Of a DNA stretch of 64,000 nt, positions 26,402 through 35,188 are shown piece by piece. The translations under genes and the position numbers were made by a program. The notes below the pieces were generated by a model. That model did no database searches. It saw nothing but the letters and a program-made list of their open reading frames with translations, and was not told the origin of the DNA. Within the stretch, counting starts at the first letter, position 1. Each line of letters starts with the position of its first letter. The DNA comes from Thermoplasmata archaeon (GTDB lineage Archaea > Thermoplasmatota > Thermoplasmata > Lutacidiplasmatales > UBA184), in NCBI GenBank assembly GCA_022750155.1, contig JAKIWG010000004.1, positions 20,783-84,782 on the forward strand, in the 5' to 3' direction.

Positions 26402-27197
26402 CCGACGACGTCGGCTGGCAATCGTCCTCGTGCTGACCGCTTTGGTGATAAGCGCCCCCGGAGCGGGGCCCGGGGTCGGGGTGGCGACCGGCTCGGCTCC
26501 CGCGCTGCCGGTGGGAGTGGGGAATCATTTCATCGAGCAGCTCGAAGCCCCCGTCCTCGCCTCGGGGGGGTCGGGGTCCATCACGTTCGTCTTTGCGGAC
26601 CCGATGAAGATCACCCTCGGCGATTCCGTGGTGACCCTGTCGGTGTACGACTTCAACGCGTACCCCGGGAACGCCACCCAGGGAGTGCCTGGGCAGGGAG
26701 GGGTCCAGCTACTGAACGGTTCCGGGGATTGGGGGCCGTCCGCCACGGTGCCCATCCACGGGCCGATCCCGCCGAACGGCACCCAGTCGATCTCCATCGA
26801 GGTGCAGGCGCCGGGGAACTCACCCGCGGGGACGTTCGGGATCCGGGTCCAGGCCCAGGTGGTGGCGAACGGAACCGTCTACCTGCTGCAATCCCGAGGA
26901 TACTTCTCCGCCTCGGTCTGGGCGAGCGCCACCACGGGCCCGAACGGGAGCTCGACGCTCAACCTGACCCGCCTCGGGGTCTCCGGGGTCCTCCCCGAGA
27001 CCGCCGTCCTGGTCGAACCCGCGTCGATCGCGCTGCCGCTCTACGGCATCCTGGGGGCGTCGGTGGCCCTCGCCGCGGTCGGAGCCTACTTCGTCTGGCG
27101 ACGGGGACCGGGGTCGAGCTCCGCGAGCCGGGGCGGCCCGGGAGCGAGCAATGCGGAGAGGGCTTTGGGAAAAAGGCGCACGAGGGAGGGGGATTGA
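26394..27197 (+). CDS. Secreted, C-terminally TM-anchored sequon-rich protein
   Basis: A TTG start at 26394 (GGAGGG 4 nt upstream; overlaps the protease stop) gives a signal peptide (RRRRLAIVLVLTALVISAP). C-terminal TM helix LPLYGILGASVALAAVGAYFVW. Several N-x-S/T sites. Confidence 0.6.
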   Translation: MSSRRRRLAIVLVLTALVISAPGAGPGVGVATGSAPALPVGVGNHFIEQLEAPVLASGGSGSITFVFADPMKITLGDSVVTLSVYDFNAYPGNATQGVPGQGGVQLLNGSGDWGPSATVPIHGPIPPNGTQSISIEVQAPGNSPAGTFGIRVQAQVVANGTVYLLQSRGYFSASVWASATTGPNGSSTLNLTRLGVSGVLPETAVLVEPASIALPLYGILGASVALAAVGAYFVWRRGPGSSSASRGGPGASNAERALGKRRTREGD

Positions 27198-28339
27198 CGG
27201 AGCAGGTCCCGGGCCACGTGGGTGGGGAAGTCGATGTCCCCGAAGGCAACGATCGACGCCTTCATCTCGCTGCCCTGCAGCGCCTCGATGATCCGCTCCA
27301 GGTCGGCGTCGCTGAGCCGCACGAACAGCTTCCGTAGATAGAGCGCCTTGGCGATCTCCTCCCCGAGCTCGGCGCGCCAGGCGGTCTCGTACTCCGAGAG
27401 CGAACCGGCCGAACCGTCCCGGGGGTCGAGCGATCGGTGGGCGACCTCGGCGGCGATCTGCGCGCACCGCATTCCCATGAAGATCCCGCCCCCCGAGAGG
27501 GGCTTGACCTGGGCCGCCGCGTCCCCCACCAGCAACACTCCGGGCCCCTGGGTGCGGGGGACCGTTCCGATCGGGACCCCCGAGACGACGTAGTTCACCG
27601 GCGAGCGGAACGGGGCGCCGAATCGCTTCTCCAGGTGCCGGAGGAGTCGGTCGAAGTAGGTTCGTGCGCTGACCTCGCCCGCCCGCACCGCCACCCCGAC
27701 CCGTGCCCCTCCGTGCCCGTCCGGGATCCACCAACCGAACAGGCCCGGAGAGAGTTCGTTCCCCAGGTAGACTTCGACCTGATCCGGATCTCCCGGGGAG
27801 TCGCCGAACTCGGCCTCGAACGCCGGAAGTATCTCCACCGGACGGCGGAGCCGGAACGCCCGAGCGACCGCGCTCGCCACCCCGTCGGTCCCGATCACCA
27901 GCTTAGCGAAGACCTCCTCCTCCTTCCCGTCGAGCCCGACCAGGCGGACGATGGAGGCCGAGCCGGTTCCGGCTCCGACGCGGCGGTCGAACTTGACCCC
28001 CGTCTCGAACCGCGCTCCGGCTCTCGCGGCCCGGTCGGCGAGGTAGATATCGAGGCCCGCGCGGTCGATGACGAACGCGCGGGGCTCGGCGGCCTTGAAC
28101 GATACCGACCGTAACGACGGGGCGAAGACGGTCGCGCCGTGCACCGGTCCCCGGACCATGACCGAGCTCCCGGCGAGGTCGAGGACGCGCTGGGAGACGA
28201 GGCCGGCGCACTGGACCGGATAGCCGACATTGGGGTGCTCCTCGATCACGAGCACGTCGTGGCCGGATCTCGAAAGCTCGTAGGCGACGGTCGATCCCGC
28301 GGGTCCCGCCCCCACGATGAGGACTTCGACCTCCCGCAC
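27086..28339 (-). CDS. Geranylgeranyl reductase family flavoprotein (digeranylgeranylglycerophospholipid reductase-like)
   Basis: FAD motifs VLIVGAGPAGSTVA..VLVIEE and GDAAAQVKPLSGGGI. 417 aa. Confidence 0.88.
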   Translation of the reverse strand: MREVEVLIVGAGPAGSTVAYELSRSGHDVLVIEEHPNVGYPVQCAGLVSQRVLDLAGSSVMVRGPVHGATVFAPSLRSVSFKAAEPRAFVIDRAGLDIYLADRAARAGARFETGVKFDRRVGAGTGSASIVRLVGLDGKEEEVFAKLVIGTDGVASAVARAFRLRRPVEILPAFEAEFGDSPGDPDQVEVYLGNELSPGLFGWWIPDGHGGARVGVAVRAGEVSARTYFDRLLRHLEKRFGAPFRSPVNYVVSGVPIGTVPRTQGPGVLLVGDAAAQVKPLSGGGIFMGMRCAQIAAEVAHRSLDPRDGSAGSLSEYETAWRAELGEEIAKALYLRKLFVRLSDADLERIIEALQGSEMKASIVAFGDIDFPTHVARDLLRQSPSLVRLFPKALSALLAPGPPRLAELDPGPRRQTK

Positions 28340-28412
28340 GGGCGGACGAGTGGGGGGCCGCTCTTAACCCCGGGGGAGGGACGCGAGGCCCGGAGCCTCC
28401 TCGGGTGGGTGG

Positions 28413-29321
28413 TCACGCCGACCCGTGGGTGGCCGAGGGCGATGGATGGACGTCTCCCCGCCCTCGCTGCAGGAACCGACCGTACGCGGCCTGCGCCACC
28501 CGCACCCCGACGTAGAGGAAGAAGGAGCTGCTCACGATGAAGAAGCTCGGCGGGTACGGTAGGTCGCCTTCAAAGAACGCCACGAACAATCCCAGCCAGA
28601 CCGAAAACACCGCGACGAGCACGGCGACCACGATGGCCCCGAACGGACTTTTGGTCAGTCGGACGGCGATTCCGGCGGGAGTCACCATCAGGGCGAAGAT
28701 CAGGAGCACTCCGATGACCTGGACGGCGATGGAGATCGCCACCGCGAGCAGGAGCATGAACAGGAGGCCCAGGCCTGCCATCGGGAGCCCCTTCGCCTCG
28801 GCCACATCTTCGTCGAGCGAGGCAAAGAGCAGCCGGCGGTAGACCACCAGAACGATGGCGATGACCACGACGCTGGCTTCCAGGGTTAGGACCACCGCCG
28901 CGTTGCTGATCCCCTCGATCTCCCCGAACAGGATCCCGTAGGCCTCCGTCGCGAATCCCTTGTAGAGGCTGAGGAACAGCAGCCCCAACCCGAGCATGAA
29001 CGCCAGGACGGTACCGATCTCGATATCGCGCGTCGCCGCGCGCCGGCCGAGCAGCGCCATGCCGGTGGCCCCCGACATCGTGAACGCGAGCAGCCCGATG
29101 ACCGGGTTCAGGCCGAGGAACACCGCGCCGGCCGCACCGGAGAACCCCACATGGCCGAGGGCGTGGGTGGCGAACGCCGAGCGCCTCAGCACCACGAAGT
29201 AGCCGATGATCCCTGCGACGATCGCGATCACCGTGCCCGCTTCGAAGGCATTGCGCATGAACTCGAACTGCCACATCACCCGGAAATCGGTGACCAGGTT
29301 CCAGTCGAATCGGTAGCTCAT
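28413..29321 (-). CDS. Metal (Zn/Mn-type) ABC transporter permease
   Basis: Polytopic, ZnuB/TroC-like (FMRNAFEAGTVIAIVAGIIGYFVVLRR, HALGHVGFSGAAGAV). The start at ATG 29321 overlaps the ATPase stop (ATGA). Confidence 0.85.
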   Translation of the reverse strand: MSYRFDWNLVTDFRVMWQFEFMRNAFEAGTVIAIVAGIIGYFVVLRRSAFATHALGHVGFSGAAGAVFLGLNPVIGLLAFTMSGATGMALLGRRAATRDIEIGTVLAFMLGLGLLFLSLYKGFATEAYGILFGEIEGISNAAVVLTLEASVVVIAIVLVVYRRLLFASLDEDVAEAKGLPMAGLGLLFMLLLAVAISIAVQVIGVLLIFALMVTPAGIAVRLTKSPFGAIVVAVLVAVFSVWLGLFVAFFEGDLPYPPSFFIVSSSFFLYVGVRVAQAAYGRFLQRGRGDVHPSPSATHGSA

Positions 29322-30163
29322 CCGTGCTCGCCTCCGCCGCTCTCTTCTCCCCCGACAATGACGAGGTTGTTGCGGGAGTCGCGGAGCACTTCGACGGGGA
29401 CCCCGTACAGGGCCGAAAGGGTCTCCGAGGTCAGTACCGTGTCCGGCGAACCGGTCGCCATTCGGCCGTTGGCGATGTAGATCACCTTGTCGAGGCACTG
29501 GATGAGCGGGTTGATGTCATGGGCCACGAGGAGCGTGGTCACGTTGCGGGACCGCACCAGGCGGGACACCAGAGCGACCAGGTCCCGGCTGCGTCGGAGG
29601 TCGAGATTGGAGAGCGGCTCGTCCAGGAGGAGCATCTCCGGGTGCCCGATCATCGCCTCGGCGAGGAATATTCGTTGGAGTTCGCCGCCGGAAAGCGTCC
29701 CGACGCACGCATGGGCGAGATCGGTGGCCCCCACCGATTCGAGGGCGGCTGCCGCGGCCTCGTGCTCGGCGCGGCGGGCGAGTCCCGGTCCCCAGCGCGT
29801 CCCGCTCACCCCGAGCCGCACGAAACTCTCGCAGTCGATGTGGGTGTCGATGTCGATGGAGTGGCGCTGCGGCACGTACCCGATGAGCGGATTTCCGCGG
29901 CGTGGGGAACGGCCGAGGACGGACAGGGTGCCGCGCAGGGGTCGCTGGAGTCCGAGCATCATCCGGAACAGCGTCGTCTTTCCGGCTCCGTTCGGGCCGA
30001 TGACCGCCACGAACTCGCCGCGCCGGACCTCGAAGCTCGCATCGCTCCAGATGACGCGGTCCCGGTATCCGACCTCCAGGTGATCGGCGCGGATCACCGA
30101 CGGTTCGTCGGACGGCTCTGGCCCGATCGGGACCACCGGCTCGACGTACGGTCGGGCGCTCAC
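29318..30163 (-). CDS. Metal ABC transporter ATP-binding protein
   Basis: Walker A GPNGAGKTT, signature LSGGELQR and Walker B LLLDEP. Confidence 0.9.
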   Translation of the reverse strand: MSARPYVEPVVPIGPEPSDEPSVIRADHLEVGYRDRVIWSDASFEVRRGEFVAVIGPNGAGKTTLFRMMLGLQRPLRGTLSVLGRSPRRGNPLIGYVPQRHSIDIDTHIDCESFVRLGVSGTRWGPGLARRAEHEAAAAALESVGATDLAHACVGTLSGGELQRIFLAEAMIGHPEMLLLDEPLSNLDLRRSRDLVALVSRLVRSRNVTTLLVAHDINPLIQCLDKVIYIANGRMATGSPDTVLTSETLSALYGVPVEVLRDSRNNLVIVGGEESGGGEHG

Positions 30164-30170
30164 GGTTCCC

Positions 30171-31265
30171 TCAATGCCCCAGCTGGTACGCGTTCAGGGC
30201 GTTGTACAGCCCGAGGTATTCGGCGTACATCCACGTCTGGAACGTGACCCCGGGCGGCTGGATCGTCTCGGTGACGGCCACGACGGTCACGTTGTGCGAC
30301 GCCGCGATCGACTTCAGGGTCTCCGTGATCGGCGTCACGGTCTGGGCGTTGTAGACCATCACCCGGACCTTCCCGCTCTCGAGTTGGCACTGGAACGCCA
30401 CCACGGACTGGGCGGGTGGGTCATTGCCCTCCGCGACCGCCTGCATGAACTCCGGGGGAGAAACGAGGTTGAGCCCCGTGAAGTTCGCCAGGTAGACGAA
30501 GATGTCCTCGGTCGCCGCGACCACCGTGCCGGCAAAATGCTGACGAATGCTGGTCGCTTCTCCGTACAGCGTGGCGAGGGAACTGTTGAGCGAGGCATAC
30601 TGCGACTGGAAGTACGGGGTCTCCCCCGGAGCGATCTGGACGAGGTCGGAGTACATCGCCGAGACGGTCCGATTGACGTACGCGGGGTTGTACCACATGT
30701 GAGGATTATCCGAAACGATGCCACCCCCGACGACGACCCCGTTGAGGTCGCCTACGTTCAGCACGACCTGGCCGGCGTGGTGGCTTGCGCTCAGAAGGGT
30801 GAGGGCCCAGTCGTCGTAGCCGACTCCGTTGACGATCACGAGCTGGGCGTTCGAGACCGCGATGGCGTCGGACGTGTTCGCCTCATACTCATGGGGGTCG
30901 GCGTTGGGGTCGGAGACGATGCTAAGGACCGAGGTCTGATTCCCCCCGAGCTGAGCGACGAGGCTGCCCCAGAAGTTCTCGGCGGCCACGACCTGGATCA
31001 CGGAGGAGGTGGAGGGTTTCGGATGCGTCCCTTCCCCGCTGGAAAACGGGCGGGCCGAGAGCGAAACGTTGCCGGTCATTCCCCGGCTTTGGCCGATCGT
31101 CGCCCACCTCGGCCCGTGAACGGCCGATGTGGCGCTAGCAGGGGGCGAGGGGACCCCGACGCACGGGTCGCTGGGAGCGTGGCTGACGAATGCCGCGTAG
31201 CCGACGGCCCCGACGACGACGGTGAGTATTGCCGCCACCGCGGGGATCTTCCATGATCGTTGCAT
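30171..31265 (-). CDS. Metal ABC transporter substrate-binding protein (ZnuA/TroA cluster 9)
   Basis: N-terminal anchor (IPAVAAILTVVVGAVGY). Metal-site motifs DPHEYE and NPHMWYNP. Confidence 0.85.
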   Translation of the reverse strand: MQRSWKIPAVAAILTVVVGAVGYAAFVSHAPSDPCVGVPSPPASATSAVHGPRWATIGQSRGMTGNVSLSARPFSSGEGTHPKPSTSSVIQVVAAENFWGSLVAQLGGNQTSVLSIVSDPNADPHEYEANTSDAIAVSNAQLVIVNGVGYDDWALTLLSASHHAGQVVLNVGDLNGVVVGGGIVSDNPHMWYNPAYVNRTVSAMYSDLVQIAPGETPYFQSQYASLNSSLATLYGEATSIRQHFAGTVVAATEDIFVYLANFTGLNLVSPPEFMQAVAEGNDPPAQSVVAFQCQLESGKVRVMVYNAQTVTPITETLKSIAASHNVTVVAVTETIQPPGVTFQTWMYAEYLGLYNALNAYQLGH

Positions 31266-31266
31266 C

Positions 31267-31737
31267 TCAGGTACGACTCCCTGCCCGCGGAACCACCGGC
31301 TCGGGTCGTGCGGGCTGGCCCGACGAGTGGCATGGCGCGATCGGTTCGCCGTGGGGACATTCGGTCGGGTGCTTCTGGACCCGGCAAACCTCCTCGACCG
31401 TCCGGTGGGAGATCGCCAGGTCGATCTCGCGCGCGGCCGCGCAGGTCTGCGCGGGTGCGAGGCCCAGGCTACCGAATAGAGTCTCGGCGACGCGATGATG
31501 GCGTTGGTACTCCCGCAGGGCCGAGCGACCGCGCTCCGTCAACCGGCTCTTTCCCCGGTGGCGGGAGACCAGGCCGAGGTGTTCGAGGGGAGTCACGTGC
31601 CCGAGCGCCGACGGCGGGCTCTGCCTGAGCGAGGCAGCGATCATCTTGAGGGCGACCCCACCTTCCGCCGTCTCCCTCGCTCCGATGACCTGGAGCGCCT
31701 CGACCTGTCGGCGAGTGAGCTTCTGGAGCGTCTCCAC
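31267..31737 (-). CDS. DtxR/MntR-family metal-dependent transcriptional regulator
   Basis: N-terminal wHTH (LTRRQVEALQVIG..), a dimerisation/metal domain and a terminal 'ECPHGEPI' motif. First gene of the ABC importer operon. Confidence 0.8.
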   Translation of the reverse strand: METLQKLTRRQVEALQVIGARETAEGGVALKMIAASLRQSPPSALGHVTPLEHLGLVSRHRGKSRLTERGRSALREYQRHHRVAETLFGSLGLAPAQTCAAAREIDLAISHRTVEEVCRVQKHPTECPHGEPIAPCHSSGQPARPEPVVPRAGSRT

Positions 31738-31757
31738 GCTCGAGAGAGCCCCCTGAA

Positions 31758-31797
31758 AGATATAAAGCAGTCCCTAATTATTAGCTAGGCATTATTA
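31758..31797 (-). promoter_or_regulatory. Promoter/operator island: TATA box (CTTTATATCTT on the minus strand) plus two ATTATTA repeats
   Basis: The TATA sits 21-30 bp upstream of ATG 31737. ATTATTA occurs at 31777-31783 and 31791-31797 (14-bp period), around a GCTAG core. This is the most AT-rich patch in the neighbourhood. Confidence 0.45.
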
Positions 31798-31865
31798 ATC
31801 GGGTCCGATCGGTCGATCGCGTCCCACGGGTCCAACGGGGATCTGCGGGCGTCCGGACGGGGCTC

Positions 31866-32852
31866 TTACGACCGGCGCCACGGCGTCTCGACCAGGTCTG
31901 TTCGCTGTCGGGGCAGGACGGAGGAGGCTTCCACCGAAGAAGATCGGCCCGATCGTAATGCGAGCATTCCGGTCCAGGCGATCATCGCCCCGTTGTCCAC
32001 GCAGAGCGCGCGGGGCGGGGCAAACGACTGTCCTCCCCGGCTCTCCACCATGGAGCGTACCATCGAGCGGAGCCGTTCGTTGCATGCGACACCCCCTCCG
32101 AGCACCACCGCCTCCGCCTTCCGGTGGGCGAGCGCCCGCTCGGTGATCTCGGTGAGCATGCTGTAGGCGGTCGCTTCGACCGAGTAGGCGAGGTCCTCCA
32201 GGTTCGCCCCCTTCGCCCGAAGGGCGAGCGCGGCCGTTAGCATTCCGGAGAAGGCGACGTCCATTCCGTGGACCGTGTAGGGGAGGGGTAGCAGCTCCGT
32301 CCCCTTGTTCGCGGCGGCCTCGATCGCGGGACCCCCGGGAAACGTCCCCCCCAGGGCGATCCACAGCTTGTCGAGGAAATTCCCGATGCCTACATCGAGC
32401 GTCTCGCCGAGGACCCGGTACCGTCCGGACGCGTAGGCGATGACCTGCGTGTTCCCCCCGCTCGCGTAGAGCAGCATCGGGTCATCGAACCCGCTGAGGA
32501 CCCGGGCGATCTCCACGTGGGCCACGCAATGGTTCACCGGCACGAGCGGTCGGTCCCATAGGAGAGAGAGGGTGCGGGCCACGGTGGCACCGGCCCGGAG
32601 GCACGGCCCGAGCCCCGGCCCCTGGGCGAATGCGACCCCCTCGAGCTCGGAGGGTCGGACGTGCGCCTGCTCGAGGGCCTGCTCGACCAGGCCGGGGAGG
32701 ACCTCCACGTGGTGGTTGGCCGCCTCTCGCGGATGGATCCCTCCCGACGGAGGGCGATACATGTCCGAGGCGATCGAGAGCACCTTCGCCCCTTCGGAGA
32801 CGATCCCGACCGAGGCGGTGTGGGCGGTCGACTCGACCCCGAGCACAACCAT
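31866..32852 (-). CDS. kae1: tRNA N6-adenosine threonylcarbamoyltransferase Kae1 (KEOPS catalytic subunit), not fused to Bud32
   Basis: 'VLGVESTAHTASVGIV', 'HHVE' and 'LYASGGNTQV' are ASKHA/Kae1 hallmarks. 328 aa. Confidence 0.9.
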   Translation of the reverse strand: MVVLGVESTAHTASVGIVSEGAKVLSIASDMYRPPSGGIHPREAANHHVEVLPGLVEQALEQAHVRPSELEGVAFAQGPGLGPCLRAGATVARTLSLLWDRPLVPVNHCVAHVEIARVLSGFDDPMLLYASGGNTQVIAYASGRYRVLGETLDVGIGNFLDKLWIALGGTFPGGPAIEAAANKGTELLPLPYTVHGMDVAFSGMLTAALALRAKGANLEDLAYSVEATAYSMLTEITERALAHRKAEAVVLGGGVACNERLRSMVRSMVESRGGQSFAPPRALCVDNGAMIAWTGMLALRSGRSSSVEASSVLPRQRTDLVETPWRRS

Positions 32853-32911
32853 GGTCGTGGACGAATCGGCCGGAGTTAAAAGGGCGGCCGCCGAGACGGG
32901 GGCGGGGCCGA

Positions 32912-33139
32912 CTACTCGTCGGAGCTCTCGAGCCGGAAGAAGATCCGCTTGCCGTGGAGGGCGGCCTGGATCCGGTCGGCGAACTCGAGCGACTCCCTGA
33001 CCGAGGCGGCCCGACCCCAGTCGTACACGAAGTCGTACCCGTTCCCCTCCGGAGCGAACCCCAGGTCCTCGACGACCGAGGCGACGTCGGAGTAGGTCGC
33101 CCCTTCGCTATCGAGCTGCAACAGCAGGAAGGTCCGCAT
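32912..33139 (-). CDS. 75-aa acidic hypothetical protein between tgtA and kae1
   Basis: ATG start and high GC3. Alternating beta/alpha-like pattern (MRTFLLLQLDSEG..SDVASVVEDLGF..RIFFRLES). No family recognised. Confidence 0.55.
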   Translation of the reverse strand: MRTFLLLQLDSEGATYSDVASVVEDLGFAPEGNGYDFVYDWGRAASVRESLEFADRIQAALHGKRIFFRLESSDE

Positions 33140-33205
33140 GGGTCCGCCTCCGGCCGAGCGGCCGGCTCATGGAACCGGACCGGTTCCCTCGGCTTAAAGC
33201 CCGCG

Positions 33206-35176
33206 TTAGGGGGAGAAGGTGGGAGGCTCGGGGAGCTCTTCCGGATCCTCGGGCTCCGTTCCGTGCGCGCGAGCGTGCGCCGTCACTCGTACGGCGACGC
33301 CCCGTGTGATGCGACCCATTTCGTACGGGGCGAGGACCAGCCGTCCAACTGCAAGGAGGCGATCGTCCGGGTCGACGACGAACGCGCTCGAGCCGGGCAC
33401 GAGGGCCGAATCGCCCCCGCGCACGAATCGGGAGAACAGGCTCTTCCCGGCGGCGACGAACGGTGCGGCGTCCGGGTCGACGATGATCCGGGAGGCGGGG
33501 AAGGGGAGGAGCGGGTGGAGCTTCAGCGCCCCGAACCACGTCGGGCGTGGGACGCCGTCGTTGCCGTAGATGAAGGCCTTGGATCCGTCCCAGGAGATGG
33601 ACCGGAGCCTTCCCGAGCGGGCGGAGCGCTCCGCGGTCAGCGGGGCGCCGACGAACGCGGCAACCGACTCCGGGCCGTACCTCCACTCCATCGAGGACAT
33701 CACCTGCCGCTGGGTCCAGGGGTCGCCCCAATCGACCCCCTCCTCCACGTCGAGCCCGGTCAGGTCGAGCGAGTCCCCCGGGGGGAATGCGTTCTTCCGG
33801 GCCGATGGGCCGTCGTCGAACTCGTCGAGCCCCACATAGCAACCCACCGGATACAGTTCGGTGAGCTCGAGCGGCACGGGGCCGAGCGCGGTGAAGCATT
33901 CCCACCGGATCGGCTCACCCGCCCGCGTCCGGGTCGGAGTCCTCCGAAGGGTCGACGGGATCAGCGGGACCCAGGGATGTGGGCGGAACTCCCCCTTCCC
34001 GGAGCGCCACGAACGGAGTCGAGCCAGGAACCGGATGACCGAGGGTCGGAGGCCGCTCGTCGAACCGACCACCCGGAATGAGGTGCGGCTCTCCGGTTCG
34101 GCCGGGAGGAAGACTCGCGTCCCGCGGACCGCGGCGCGCAACCCCGCCTGCAGGGCCGGGTGGTTGCCCGCGCGGCGCTCCACCAGTTCCCAGAGGGCGC
34201 CGTCCCGGATCGCCTGGCGGACGACGGAAATCTCTTGGGCGCACATCAAGAGATTGTGCTCGGAGAGCCGGCGCTCGCGCTCCTCGGCCGGCAATCCGGC
34301 CAGTTTGGTGAGGGGGGTCTCCTCGCACAGGAAGCACCGGCAGGTCGCCTCGCGGATCCTTTCCAACGGCACGGTTCCCTCCGGGAAGAGCAGGCTCCCC
34401 CGTCGGGCGAACTTCAGATACGAGGAGGAATCGAACAGGTCGACCCCGAACAGGGCAGCGAAGGCGAAACTCGCCGGGTGTCCGGTGCCGAACAGGTGGA
34501 CCACCTTTTCCGGCGCGAGCGCCGGCCTTGCGGCAAGCAGGACCCTCGCCAGGTCCGGGAAACGGTACTGTTCGAGCAGGGGAACGACCCCGCCGACGGC
34601 CAGGATGTCTCCCGTGGTTGACGCCTCGAGGGCGGACTGGAAGCGGAGTTCCGGGAACAGGCCGCCCTGCACGGGCACCGCGAGGAGCCCCGTCCGGTCC
34701 AGACGGGCTTGCTTCGCGCGCACGGTCGTCAATTCTACGCCGGCGCGGGCCTCGGCCTCGGTGGCGGTCGGCTCGACAAAGATGTCGAGGACGGTGGCGA
34801 TGTCCGAACCGATCCGGCCCTGGAACGCCAGGATCCGATCCGGCTCGACCTCCACATGCCCGTAGGCGTGCTGCTGGAAGGCGCCGGAGTCGGTCATCAC
34901 CGGGCCGTCGAACTGGAGGAGCCCGTGGATCCCCTTTTCCTCGGCGATCTCTTTGAGCGGGGGCGTTCGCCACGTGATGTAGGCCGAGGTGATGACGGCC
35001 CCCAAGCCGAACCGACGTCGAAGCTCCGTCGGGGCCACCGGTTGTCGGGTGGGGTCGGGGTGGATCACCGGCAATAGGGCGGGGGTCTCGATGGCTCCAT
35101 GGGGCGTCTCCAGCCGGCCAATCCGCGCGAGCCCGTCCCGCTCGCGGAGCTCGAACCCGCCCATGGGAGGCGCCAC
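33206..35176 (-). CDS. tgtA: Archaeosine tRNA-guanine transglycosylase (tRNA-guanine15 transglycosylase) with C-terminal PUA domain
   Basis: TGT core (MTDSGAFQ; zinc site CRCFLCEE). An archaeal-specific C-terminal extension ends in a PUA-like segment. 656 aa. Confidence 0.9.
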   Translation of the reverse strand: MAPPMGGFELRERDGLARIGRLETPHGAIETPALLPVIHPDPTRQPVAPTELRRRFGLGAVITSAYITWRTPPLKEIAEEKGIHGLLQFDGPVMTDSGAFQQHAYGHVEVEPDRILAFQGRIGSDIATVLDIFVEPTATEAEARAGVELTTVRAKQARLDRTGLLAVPVQGGLFPELRFQSALEASTTGDILAVGGVVPLLEQYRFPDLARVLLAARPALAPEKVVHLFGTGHPASFAFAALFGVDLFDSSSYLKFARRGSLLFPEGTVPLERIREATCRCFLCEETPLTKLAGLPAEERERRLSEHNLLMCAQEISVVRQAIRDGALWELVERRAGNHPALQAGLRAAVRGTRVFLPAEPESRTSFRVVGSTSGLRPSVIRFLARLRSWRSGKGEFRPHPWVPLIPSTLRRTPTRTRAGEPIRWECFTALGPVPLELTELYPVGCYVGLDEFDDGPSARKNAFPPGDSLDLTGLDVEEGVDWGDPWTQRQVMSSMEWRYGPESVAAFVGAPLTAERSARSGRLRSISWDGSKAFIYGNDGVPRPTWFGALKLHPLLPFPASRIIVDPDAAPFVAAGKSLFSRFVRGGDSALVPGSSAFVVDPDDRLLAVGRLVLAPYEMGRITRGVAVRVTAHARAHGTEPEDPEELPEPPTFSP

Positions 35177-35188
35177 CCGTCCCCGAGA

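Noticed and set aside
35150-35176. tRNA T-arm-like sequence GCGGGTTCGAGCTCCGC on the minus strand. Similar GTTCGA hits occur near 23937 and 61597.
   Set aside because: It lies inside the tgtA coding start. No acceptor, D or anticodon arms could be built around any of the hits. I found no tRNA gene in the window.
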